DNA from: Chitinophaga pinensis | Lineage (GTDB): Bacteria > Bacteroidota > Bacteroidia > UKL13-3 | NCBI GenBank assembly: GCA_945870425.1 | Contig: CAMBSD010000012.1 | Location: 2,923 to 66,922, forward strand | Direction of reading: 5' to 3' | DNA length: 64,000 bases | The notes under the pieces: generated by a model | Databases searched by the model: none | What the model was told of the DNA's origin: nothing | Seen by the model: the letters and a program-made list of their open reading frames with translations, nothing else | Program-made: the position numbers and the translations under genes | Shown: piece by piece, positions 38,633 to 47,028 of the stretch | Numbering within the stretch: position 1 is the stretch's first letter | Layout of the letters: the number at the start of each line of letters is the position of its first letter

Positions 38633-39066
38633 TATAGTTATTTCTGATACAAGCAGTTTAATTCTCTTTGATAAAATTTTATTAGAGATGTTTATGACAC
38701 AATAATTACTACTCATGAAATAGCTGAAGAGTTTGGAGAAACACTGCCACATTGGATAGAAATAAAAGCTGTAACTGATAAAAATATCAGTTATTTTTAG
38801 AAACTCAAGTTGATATTGGAGAAGCAAGTGCTATTGCTTTAGCTAAAGAAATTGAAAATAGTCTTTTGTTATTAGATGATTTAAAAGCAAGAAAATTGGC
38901 GGGTAAACTTCATATCAAATATACAGGTACTTTGGGTGTTATTAATAAAGCAAAGCAACTAGGTTTGATTGATAAAATAAAACCCTTAATTGACAAATTA
39001 TTGTTAACTGATTTTAGAATTTCAGAAAACATTATACAAGAGTTGCTGAGAATAAATAATGAATAG
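38625..39066 (+). pseudogene. DUF3368 (PIN-like) toxin gene with two frameshifts
   Basis: ATG overlaps the antitoxin stop (ATGCCTAG). Three frames are needed: MPSIVISDTSSLILFDKI.. / ..DVYDTIITTHEIAEEFGETLPHWIEIKAVTD.. / ..LETQVDIGEASAIALAKEIENSLLLLDDLKARKLAGKLHIKYTGTLGVINKAK... Confidence 0.75.
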
Positions 39067-39145
39067 ATGAAAGTGTATTTTGCCTACAGGTGTTTCTGGG
39101 TAAAATACCAAGCATTGGCAAAAGATTTTAAGAGGTTTTAAATGT

Positions 39146-39390
39146 TCCCCAACTATGCGTAGTCTCTAGCCAAGCCATAGCGTTGCGACTAAGCATTTCA
39201 AATGGAAAAGAGTTTGTAACTCGGTAAAAAACAAAAGGTGATGGTTACTCTATATAGCCTCAGTTCAGCCATTCGACAAGCTCAGGCTGACAGCCGCACA
39301 TTTAAAATAGTTTTAACCAACTATACGTAGTCTGTAGCCAAGCCATTGCGTTGCGACTACGCATTTCAAATGCAATAGAGTTTGTAACTC
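39146..39390 (+). repeat. structured intergenic repeat family, loci b (full) and c (core)
   Basis: Cores at 39146-39230 and 39316-39390. The tail motif GCCATTCGACAAGCTCAGGCTGACAGCCGCACA lies at 39267-39299. Confidence 0.85.
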
Positions 39391-39495
39391 GCTTATCTTT
39401 ATTACTTTCGAGATATATTGCATCGGAGACACTACAATTCATTTATTCATTAAATATCTTTAGGGCGCTTTGCTAACTCTAAGGATAGTTGGGCG

Positions 39496-39752
39496 AATTA
39501 ATTTAGCTCAGAACAGAATTAATTAAGTAAAAAGTAGAATTAATTTAACTCAGAACAAAACTAATTCAGTTGATTAAGTGAACTAATTCAGCAAAAAGTA
39601 GAATTGATATAGATCAAACCAGAATTAATTCAGTAAAAAGTAGAAATAACTTAACTCAGAACAGAACTAATTCAGTTGATTAAGTGCACTAATTCAGCAA
39701 AAAGTAGAATTGATATAGCTCAGAGCGGAATTAATTCAGTAAAAAGTAGAAT
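39496..39752 (+). repeat. AT-rich higher-order tandem repeat (42-nt and 64-nt subunits; 106-bp unit x2 plus a partial unit)
   Basis: 39537-39642 closely matches 39643-39748. About 7 copies of A(A/C)TAATTCAG, and 5 copies of AAAAAGTAGAA. Confidence 0.9.
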
Positions 39753-39766
39753 TAGATCCTTCACTA

Positions 39767-39838
39767 CCCAACTATGCCCAGTCTGTCGCCAAGCCATAGC
39801 GCTGCGACTAAACAACTAAAATTGAAAAGAGTTTGCTC
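39767..39838 (+). repeat. structured intergenic repeat family, locus d (diverged core)
   Basis: CCCAACTATGCCCAGTCTGTCGCCAAGCCATAGCGCTGCGACTAA...AAAAGAGTTTGCTC. Confidence 0.7.
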
Positions 39839-40021
39839 TATTATAGGTCTGGCAAGCCCTTCTATTTGTTCCACAGGGCATCTTGATTAAAGATAAATGC
39901 ATATATCTGCTATACATACTACAAGCTAGCTTTTCAGTGAAGTAGTGTGTTCCACCCGACAAATAAGAAATAAAAATGTAGGAAGAAATTATCTACATCA
40001 CAAAAAACAATCATATAAAAA

Positions 40022-41164
40022 TTACAAGCCCTTCAAATCAATTTCGTCAGTGTTGCTCAATACCACTTGTTTTTTTATTTTTTTCTGAATAATTCCAAAA
40101 TGATGTTGCTCCTCCTTATTTACAAAACTAATGGCGGTCCCCGCATTTTCAGCTCGACCAGTTCTGCCAATGCGGTGAATATAATCTTTGGGGGACCTTG
40201 GCAGTTCGTAATTTATAACAAAGGGTAAAAAAGGAATATCAATTCCGCGCGACATTAAATCGGTTGCTACCAACACTTGAATATCGCCACTTTTAAATTT
40301 GTACAAGGCATTTTCTCTGGCTCCCTGACTTTTTTTGCTGTGCATTGCCATTGCGCTATAGCCATTGTTGCTTAATTTATCAGCAATCGCATCTGCTCGA
40401 TGCACCGATGAAGCAAAAACCAATACTTGGTTCATTTGGTGATGCTTTATTAAATAACGTAACAAAGGACCTTTTTTCAAATCTTCTACCGCATAAGCCA
40501 ATTGGGTTATCAAATCTATATTTTGTGTTTCAGCTTCAATCTCAACGGTTATAGGATTTTGTAATATCAATGCCTGAATTGCGCCCAAATCGGAACTAAG
40601 TGTAGCTGAAAATAATAAATTTTGACGTTTTTTAGGAAGCAAATTTAAGATGGTAGTCATCTCATCTTTAAATCCAAGATTTAACATTTTATCCGCTTCA
40701 TCCAAAACCAGTAGCTCAACCTCATTCAGGTAAAGAGCATTTTTTTCAAGCAACTCAATCAGTCGTCCAGGTGTGGCAACTAAAATTTCAACACCTTGCA
40801 GGTCCATCATTTGTGGGTTAATAGAAACACCACCATACACAGCTAAATATTTAATGCCTTGCTCTAGGTGATCATTAAATGATTTGTATACCTTTTGAAC
40901 CTGAATGGCTAATTCGCGCGTTGGCACTAAGACTAAGGTATTTATATGTCTGTTTTTTGCAACTGCTTTGCCCTGCAATAACTGTAAAGTAGGTAGTACA
41001 TAACTTGCAGTTTTGCCAGAACCTGTTTGGGCTATTCCTAACAAATCTTTTCCTTTTAATATTTGAGGAATGACCCTTTCTTGAATAGGATAAGGATGGG
41101 TATAATATTGCTTTTCTATAGCATATAATAAATAACGGTTCAAACCGAGTGTAACAAACGACAT
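40022..41164 (-). CDS. DEAD-box ATP-dependent RNA helicase (RhlE-like, core only)
   Basis: Q motif, AQTGSGKT, PTRELA, DEAD (LDEADKM), SAT and HRIGRTGR. Confidence 0.9.
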   Translation of the reverse strand: MSFVTLGLNRYLLYAIEKQYYTHPYPIQERVIPQILKGKDLLGIAQTGSGKTASYVLPTLQLLQGKAVAKNRHINTLVLVPTRELAIQVQKVYKSFNDHLEQGIKYLAVYGGVSINPQMMDLQGVEILVATPGRLIELLEKNALYLNEVELLVLDEADKMLNLGFKDEMTTILNLLPKKRQNLLFSATLSSDLGAIQALILQNPITVEIEAETQNIDLITQLAYAVEDLKKGPLLRYLIKHHQMNQVLVFASSVHRADAIADKLSNNGYSAMAMHSKKSQGARENALYKFKSGDIQVLVATDLMSRGIDIPFLPFVINYELPRSPKDYIHRIGRTGRAENAGTAISFVNKEEQHHFGIIQKKIKKQVVLSNTDEIDLKGL

Positions 41165-41255
41165 ATGATTAATTTTAAATGATAGGTCAAAGGTAACCTA
41201 ACTTGAGTGCAATGCCACCTATGAAAAAATCCGCCAACCATGCGAAGTCTGAATC

Positions 41256-41408
41256 CCCCAACTATGCTTAGTCTGTATCCAAGCCATTGGGTTGCGACTA
41301 TGCATTTCAAATGGAATAGAGTTTATAACTCGGTAAAATAAATTGAGTTGGATTTCTTAATCTGTCCTTTGTACAGCCATTCGACAAGTTCTGGCTTACA
41401 GCCTCACA
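41256..41408 (+). repeat. structured intergenic repeat family, locus e (full ~155-bp copy)
   Basis: CCCCAACTATGCTTAGTCTGTATCCAAGCCATTGGGTTGCGACTATGCATTTCAAATGGAATAGAGTTTATAACTCGGTAAAA ... GCCATTCGACAAGTTCTGGCTTACAGCCTCACA. Confidence 0.85.
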
Positions 41409-41427
41409 AGGTATAACAATGCAAAAA

Positions 41428-41766
41428 CTAATCATTAAGTAAACTTGTTACTTCTTCTTTAAGCTTTGGTAAATGATTAATAACTATTCCCCAAATGATA
41501 TCATCTGAAACGGTATCGTAGCCATTTGCAATTCTATTGCGGGTGTCAATTATTTTCCTAGAATTGCTAATATTAATTGCATTGTCTAATTTAATAATTC
41601 TATTTATAGCCTCACCAATAATTGTTAAATTCCTTTCAACTGCACGTTTGGTTTTTGTATCTGTAATAAATTCATCAAATCTTTTTGGTTTATTGTCAAA
41701 AAAACTTTCAATTTCGTTAATAGCCTTAATGATATCGAACAAATACGTTTTAATTTCATCAACCAT
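41428..41766 (-). CDS. hepT: HepT-like (DUF86 / HEPN) toxin homologue with Asn in place of the HEPN His
   Basis: 112 aa. The HEPN R-x4-H region reads TRNRIANGYDTVSDDIIWGIV (N81, codon 41526-41524). Overlaps the upstream MNT gene by 8 nt. Confidence 0.7.
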   Translation of the reverse strand: MVDEIKTYLFDIIKAINEIESFFDNKPKRFDEFITDTKTKRAVERNLTIIGEAINRIIKLDNAINISNSRKIIDTRNRIANGYDTVSDDIIWGIVINHLPKLKEEVTSLLND

Positions 41767-42061
41767 AAATCAATTGTTTATTCTGTTCAATATTTCCTCG
41801 TAAATACGGATTATTAATAGCCTTGTTTTCTAACAAATCAATTTTTCTCTTCAAAATATCTTCCAATGAAAATTTAAAATCGAAAAAATTATCAGCATAA
41901 TTATTAAAATCGACACCTTCAAAATCTACTAATAAATCAATATCACTATTGGCTTTAAAATCTTTCGTTAATACCGAACCAAAGGCATATAGATTTTTAA
42001 CTTTATGTTGTTTACATAAAGATTCAATCGTTTTTATATTATGGTTAATTATTGCTTGCAT
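41759..42061 (-). CDS. mntA: MNT-type nucleotidyltransferase antitoxin (MntA-like)
   Basis: Starts at Met13 of ORF 41759..42097. The NTase motif is AFGSVLTKDFKANSDIDLLVDF (GS...DxD). Confidence 0.75.
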   Translation of the reverse strand: MQAIINHNIKTIESLCKQHKVKNLYAFGSVLTKDFKANSDIDLLVDFEGVDFNNYADNFFDFKFSLEDILKRKIDLLENKAINNPYLRGNIEQNKQLIYG

Positions 42062-42186
42062 GTTTTCAAAAGTAAAAAAATATAGTTCAATTCTCAACTT
42101 TTACATCCACCTCTAAGCCCTCCAAGAACGGGAATAAGATATTTACTAATTCTTAATTCCTCCTGCCTTACTCCTTTAACCCTCCC

Positions 42187-43374
42187 CTACTTCAGTCTTC
42201 TTCTTTTCATTTCTTTCAAAATCAGTGTAAGTTCACGGCCGGCTTGCCCTTTGGCACTCGTGTTTTCTTGTGCTCTTCTGAACAAATAAGGCATAACTGC
42301 TTTAACGGGACCATAAGGAAGGTATTTGGCCACATTATAACCCTCATTGGCTAAGTTATAACTTAGGTTATCACTCATTCCAAACAATTGAGAGAAATAG
42401 ATACGTCTATCATTATTGCTCAAGTTAGCTTCAGCCATCATTTCAGCCAACACCCTGCAGCTTTCCTCATTGTGCGTACCCGCACAAATAGCTATTCTAT
42501 CTATATGTTTTACACAAAACTGAAGTGCTTCGTTGTAATCCTCGTCACTGGCTTCCTTATTTGGTTGAATTGGGTCAGTATAATTTAATTGTTTGGCTCT
42601 TTCTCTCTCTTTTTCCATGTAGGCACCTCTCACAAGTTTCACGCCCAAGTGGTAGTTTTTTTCTGCTGCCTTTTGATATGATTGTTTTAAAAACTCTAAT
42701 CTATCATGACGGTAAAACTGAAGTGTATTGTATATTATCACTTCATTCTTATTATACATCTCCATCATCTCATCCACCATATTGTCGATAGTGTTTTGAA
42801 TCCAACTTTCCTCAGCATCAATAAATAATCTAACATTTTTATCAAAAGCGGTTTTGCAAATCCTATTTACACGTTCTTTTACCCTAGCAAACTCAGCAGC
42901 TTCGGAACTGCTAAGGGTTTTTCCATCATTAACCTTATTAAGCAAATCCAAACGAGCTAGACCTGTAACCTTAAAAACACTAAAAGGAATTTTAGAGTTG
43001 TTTTGTGCCTTGGCAATGGTTTCAAGGGTTTCTTTGGTGGTATGTTCAAAATCTTCTTCGGCTTCTTTGCCTTCTACAGAATAATCTAAAATGGTTCCAA
43101 TACCATATTTATTTAGATTTTCAATGGTTTTAGCACAATCTTCAATGCTTTCACCTCCACAAAATTGTTTAAAAACAGTTGATTTAATTATCCCTTTAAT
43201 TGGCAGTGAAATGGCAAAGGCAGCATGCACTAAGGCAGGTCCAACTTGCACCAACCAGTTGTAGCCTAGTGCCTTAAAAAGCATGTACGAATTACGCAAA
43301 TCACCATTTGATTTGCCTTTAAAAGCTATTTCGGTGTTTGAAAAATCTATTGAAGTCGGCTTAAAACTATTCAT
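42187..43374 (-). CDS. proline dehydrogenase family protein (monofunctional)
   Basis: 395 aa TIM-barrel PRODH pattern: LFIDAEESW, VKLVRGAY, FGMSD (in QLFGMSDNL) and YLPYGP..YL.RR..EN. Confidence 0.75.
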   Translation of the reverse strand: MNSFKPTSIDFSNTEIAFKGKSNGDLRNSYMLFKALGYNWLVQVGPALVHAAFAISLPIKGIIKSTVFKQFCGGESIEDCAKTIENLNKYGIGTILDYSVEGKEAEEDFEHTTKETLETIAKAQNNSKIPFSVFKVTGLARLDLLNKVNDGKTLSSSEAAEFARVKERVNRICKTAFDKNVRLFIDAEESWIQNTIDNMVDEMMEMYNKNEVIIYNTLQFYRHDRLEFLKQSYQKAAEKNYHLGVKLVRGAYMEKERERAKQLNYTDPIQPNKEASDEDYNEALQFCVKHIDRIAICAGTHNEESCRVLAEMMAEANLSNNDRRIYFSQLFGMSDNLSYNLANEGYNVAKYLPYGPVKAVMPYLFRRAQENTSAKGQAGRELTLILKEMKRRRLK

Positions 43375-43454
43375 TATTATTATCTCAATGTTAAATATGT
43401 AAAATTAGTAATACCTTGCAGCAGCAAAAATAGCATTACTTATATAATATAATA

Positions 43455-44540
43455 ATGAAGGAAATTTTCAGCAAAGGGTTTAATGTATTTATGGGCGATG
43501 ATGTGTTTGAAAACATGGCTCAAAACCTCATTGAACGTGAGTACTCTAAAGTTTTTCTCCTGATGGACGAAAACACAGAACGTGATTGTTATTCTATTTT
43601 GAAAAATTTTTTGGTAAACGTTATCACAATTAAAATCAAGAGTGGCGAGCAACACAAAACGATAAAAACGGCTGAGTATATCTGGCATCAATTGCATGAT
43701 AATTTTGCAGATAGACGAGCTGTTATGATTAATCTAGGTGGTGGCGTGGTGAGTGATATTGGTGGATTTTGTGCAGCCACATATAAAAGAGGAATTGATT
43801 TTATTAATGTTCCTACAAGTCTTTTAGGAATGGTGGATGCGAGTATCGGAGGCAAACTAGCTTGTGATATTGATTCTCATAAAAACATGGTGGGCGTTTT
43901 TGCACACCCGAAGGACATCTATATTTACTCTAAGTTTTTGAACACTCTTCCGATTGCAGAAAAACGCTGCGGATTAGCAGAACTGAGTAAACATGCCTTA
44001 ATAGATAGCAAGCCACTTTGGAATGATATTTTAGAAAATTCTGTTTTTGAATTCCCTATTATCAATAATTTAATTCAGCAATCAGCTAAAATTAAAATTA
44101 ATATTGTTAAAAACGACCCTTACGAAAAGGGATTACGCAAGGTGCTTAATTTTGGCCATACGATTGGACATGCGATTGAAACCTGGAGTTTAAAAAACGA
44201 CAAAAACCCATTGAAGCATGGCGAAGCAGTGGCTATTGGTATGCTTTGCGAAGCATTCATCTCCAACAAATTATTAGGCTTGAGCAACAAAGAACTCAAC
44301 CAAATTGTACAGTTTGTAGGCAAAAATTTTAGCCATTACAAAAGCCAATGGGATGTGCATGAACTTATTTCTTACATGAAAAATGACAAGAAAAATTATA
44401 AAGGAAATTACAATTTCAGTTTGCTAAAAAAGGTAGGAAAAGCTAAAATTGATGTGGACTGCAGCACAGATTTAATTTTAGAGTCACTGTCATACTACCA
44501 AGGACTTGGCCAACAATTTCCTTCTCAACATAGTGCTTGA
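43455..44540 (+). CDS. aroB: 3-dehydroquinate synthase
   Basis: NLGGGVVSDIGGFCAATYKRGI, ASIGGK and LNFGHTIGHAIE. Confidence 0.85.
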   Translation: MKEIFSKGFNVFMGDDVFENMAQNLIEREYSKVFLLMDENTERDCYSILKNFLVNVITIKIKSGEQHKTIKTAEYIWHQLHDNFADRRAVMINLGGGVVSDIGGFCAATYKRGIDFINVPTSLLGMVDASIGGKLACDIDSHKNMVGVFAHPKDIYIYSKFLNTLPIAEKRCGLAELSKHALIDSKPLWNDILENSVFEFPIINNLIQQSAKIKINIVKNDPYEKGLRKVLNFGHTIGHAIETWSLKNDKNPLKHGEAVAIGMLCEAFISNKLLGLSNKELNQIVQFVGKNFSHYKSQWDVHELISYMKNDKKNYKGNYNFSLLKKVGKAKIDVDCSTDLILESLSYYQGLGQQFPSQHSA

Positions 44541-45847
44541 AAGCTGTTAGAGTAATATCACCCCAACATACAATAAATTGCAGCATTGATTTACCTGCAT
44601 CAAAGAGCATTGCAAACAGGGCATTAATCCTGCAAGCTATTTTACCAAATATTAGTCTAAAAAACATTTCAGAAGCGGATGATACCTTGCTTATGCAAAG
44701 TGCATTGAAAAGTGATGCGAATGAAATTCAACTAAAAAATGCAGGTACATGCATGCGATTTCTAACGGCATATTTTGCTTCAATAGACGGAAGAAAAGTT
44801 AAATTGATGTGTGATGATAGAATGAAGGAAAGACCCATCAAAACTTTGGTAGATGCGCTGAGAGAATTGGGAGCAGATATTACTTATCTGGAAAAAGAGG
44901 GCTATCCTCCGTTGGCCATTCAAGGGAAGAAATTACATGGTAAATCCATCCATATAAATGCAAGCGAAAGCAGTCAATTTATCAGTGCTTTGATGTTGAT
45001 TGGACATAGTATCGACAATGGGTTAGAGATTGTTTTGGAAGGAGAAATTTCTTCACTAGATTATATAGAAATGACTGCAAAACTCATGCAAGAATTTGGT
45101 TTAATAGTGCAATTTAAAAAGAATAAAATAAGCACTAAGAAACATAAAATTTCAAATTCTAAAAATCTAGAATACACTATTGAAGCAGACTGGAGCAGTG
45201 CAGCTTTTTGGTATCAGATTGCAGCCATGAGCTATGATTCAGAGATTACATTAAATAGCTTGAGCCTAGAAAATTTGCAAGGAGATAAAACCATTGCCAA
45301 ACATCTTTCAAATCAGGTTGAAACTCGAACTATTTCAGACAACATTGTCATTCATTCAAACCAATCAAAAATCAATAATCAAAATTATACAATCAACTTA
45401 AAGCATCAGCCCGACCTAGCCCCTGCCTTGGCAGTATGCCTTGCTGCATTAGGAGTTGATGCGAAAATTGAAGGACTTGAAAACCTAAAAATAAAAGAAA
45501 GTAACCGACTTCAAGCCCTGCATGATGAATTGAACAAACTAGGGTATGCTATTCAAATTGATGGAGACAGTTTAGAAATAAAAAATTCAGGAAATGTCGA
45601 CCCTTCAACTCCGCACAGGGTGACATCATCTTCTATTCAAATAGCGATTAATTCAACAATTCAAGTAAATAACAATCATCAAATCAAAACCTACAAAGAC
45701 CACAGGATGGCTATGGCTTTTGCACCATTGGCATTGGTATTTGGCGAAGTAATTATCGAAAATCCAGAGGTTGTGGAGAAATCCTATCCGCATTATTGGG
45801 ACGATCTAAAAAAAGCAGGATTTGGTTTGGAGTTTTTTGATGTGTAA
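44537..45847 (+). CDS. aroA: 3-phosphoshikimate 1-carboxyvinyltransferase (EPSP synthase)
   Basis: TTG start overlapping the aroB stop. LPASKSIANRALIL, NAGTCMRFL and KDHRMAMAF. Confidence 0.85.
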   Translation: MKAVRVISPQHTINCSIDLPASKSIANRALILQAILPNISLKNISEADDTLLMQSALKSDANEIQLKNAGTCMRFLTAYFASIDGRKVKLMCDDRMKERPIKTLVDALRELGADITYLEKEGYPPLAIQGKKLHGKSIHINASESSQFISALMLIGHSIDNGLEIVLEGEISSLDYIEMTAKLMQEFGLIVQFKKNKISTKKHKISNSKNLEYTIEADWSSAAFWYQIAAMSYDSEITLNSLSLENLQGDKTIAKHLSNQVETRTISDNIVIHSNQSKINNQNYTINLKHQPDLAPALAVCLAALGVDAKIEGLENLKIKESNRLQALHDELNKLGYAIQIDGDSLEIKNSGNVDPSTPHRVTSSSIQIAINSTIQVNNNHQIKTYKDHRMAMAFAPLALVFGEVIIENPEVVEKSYPHYWDDLKKAGFGLEFFDV

Positions 45848-45858
45848 TCTTGTAGCTA

Positions 45859-46932
45859 ATGAACTCATTTGGCGAAATTTTCAGAATCACCACCTTTGGC
45901 GAGAGTCATGGTGAAGCACTTGGTGTTGTCATTGATGGCTGTCCTCCAAACATTCACTTTGACTTTGATTTTGTTCAGAGCGAATTAAACCGAAGAAAAC
46001 CAGGGCAATCCAACATCAGCACAAGCCGAAATGAAGATGAAACATTCGAGGTCTTGAGTGGCGTATTTGAAGGCAAAACCACCGGTACCCCTTTAACATT
46101 AATAGTTAGAAATAACAATCAAAAATCAGAAGACTATAACAAGTTGAAGGATGTTTACCGACCTGGACATGCCGATTTCACCTACCAACAAAAGTATGGC
46201 ATAAGAGACCACCGAGGTGGTGGCCGACAATCAGCAAGGGAAACTGTGGCTAGGGTATTAGCAGGAGCTGTTGCCAAAATGTACCTTAAAAGTCAAGGCA
46301 TATCTATTCAAGCCTATGTAAGCCAGGTATACAATATCAAACTAGATAAAGCATATACTGATTTAGACCTCAATCAAATAGAAAACAACATCGTTCGCTG
46401 CCCTGACCCTGCAAAAGCTGAAGCGATGATTGCGCTAATAGCGCAAACAAAAGCAGAAGGAGATACCCTTGGAGGAGTAATTAGCTGTGTTTGTAAAGGT
46501 GTTCCAGTAGGATTGGGCGAACCTGTTTTTGATAAATTACATGCCCAATTAGGTAAAGCTATACTCAGCATCAATGCTTGTAAAGGTTTTGAAATAGGAA
46601 ATGGGTTTGAATCTGTAAACTTGAAAGGAAGCGAAAATAATGATGCTTTCGAAACTAATGAAAGCAAGCACATTGGTACAAAAACCAATCACAGTGGTGG
46701 CGTGTTAGGAGGTATTTCAAATGGAATGGACATTTTTTTTAGAGCAGCTTTTAAGCCTGTATCAAGCATAAAAAAATCACAAGAGACAATAAATACATCT
46801 TTCGAAAACACAAGTATTCAGATTGAAGGGCGACACGATCCATGCTTGGTTCCGCGCGCAGTGCCAATTGTTGAAGCCATGACAGCTTTGGTTTTAACAG
46901 ACATGTTGCTTAGAAACAAAATTTACAAGTAA
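45859..46932 (+). CDS. aroC: chorismate synthase
   Basis: [30 protein letters not shown] and GRHDPC. Confidence 0.9.
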   Translation: MNSFGEIFRITTFGESHGEALGVVIDGCPPNIHFDFDFVQSELNRRKPGQSNISTSRNEDETFEVLSGVFEGKTTGTPLTLIVRNNNQKSEDYNKLKDVYRPGHADFTYQQKYGIRDHRGGGRQSARETVARVLAGAVAKMYLKSQGISIQAYVSQVYNIKLDKAYTDLDLNQIENNIVRCPDPAKAEAMIALIAQTKAEGDTLGGVISCVCKGVPVGLGEPVFDKLHAQLGKAILSINACKGFEIGNGFESVNLKGSENNDAFETNESKHIGTKTNHSGGVLGGISNGMDIFFRAAFKPVSSIKKSQETINTSFENTSIQIEGRHDPCLVPRAVPIVEAMTALVLTDMLLRNKIYK

Positions 46933-47028
46933 ATAGTGCTTCGTACTTTTTTAGTCATAAAACTTGTTTTCAATTTGATATATTAAGAAAATCAATTGCT
47001 TTTACTTTATTTGAACAAAATTTTTATA

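Noticed and set aside
39496-39752. Possible CRISPR array (regularly spaced AAAAAGTAGAATT-type repeats)
   Set aside because: The 'spacers' are themselves repeated: the 42-nt and 64-nt subunits recur almost identically. The repeats are AT-rich with no palindromic core, and there are no cas genes in the window. It is a higher-order tandem repeat.
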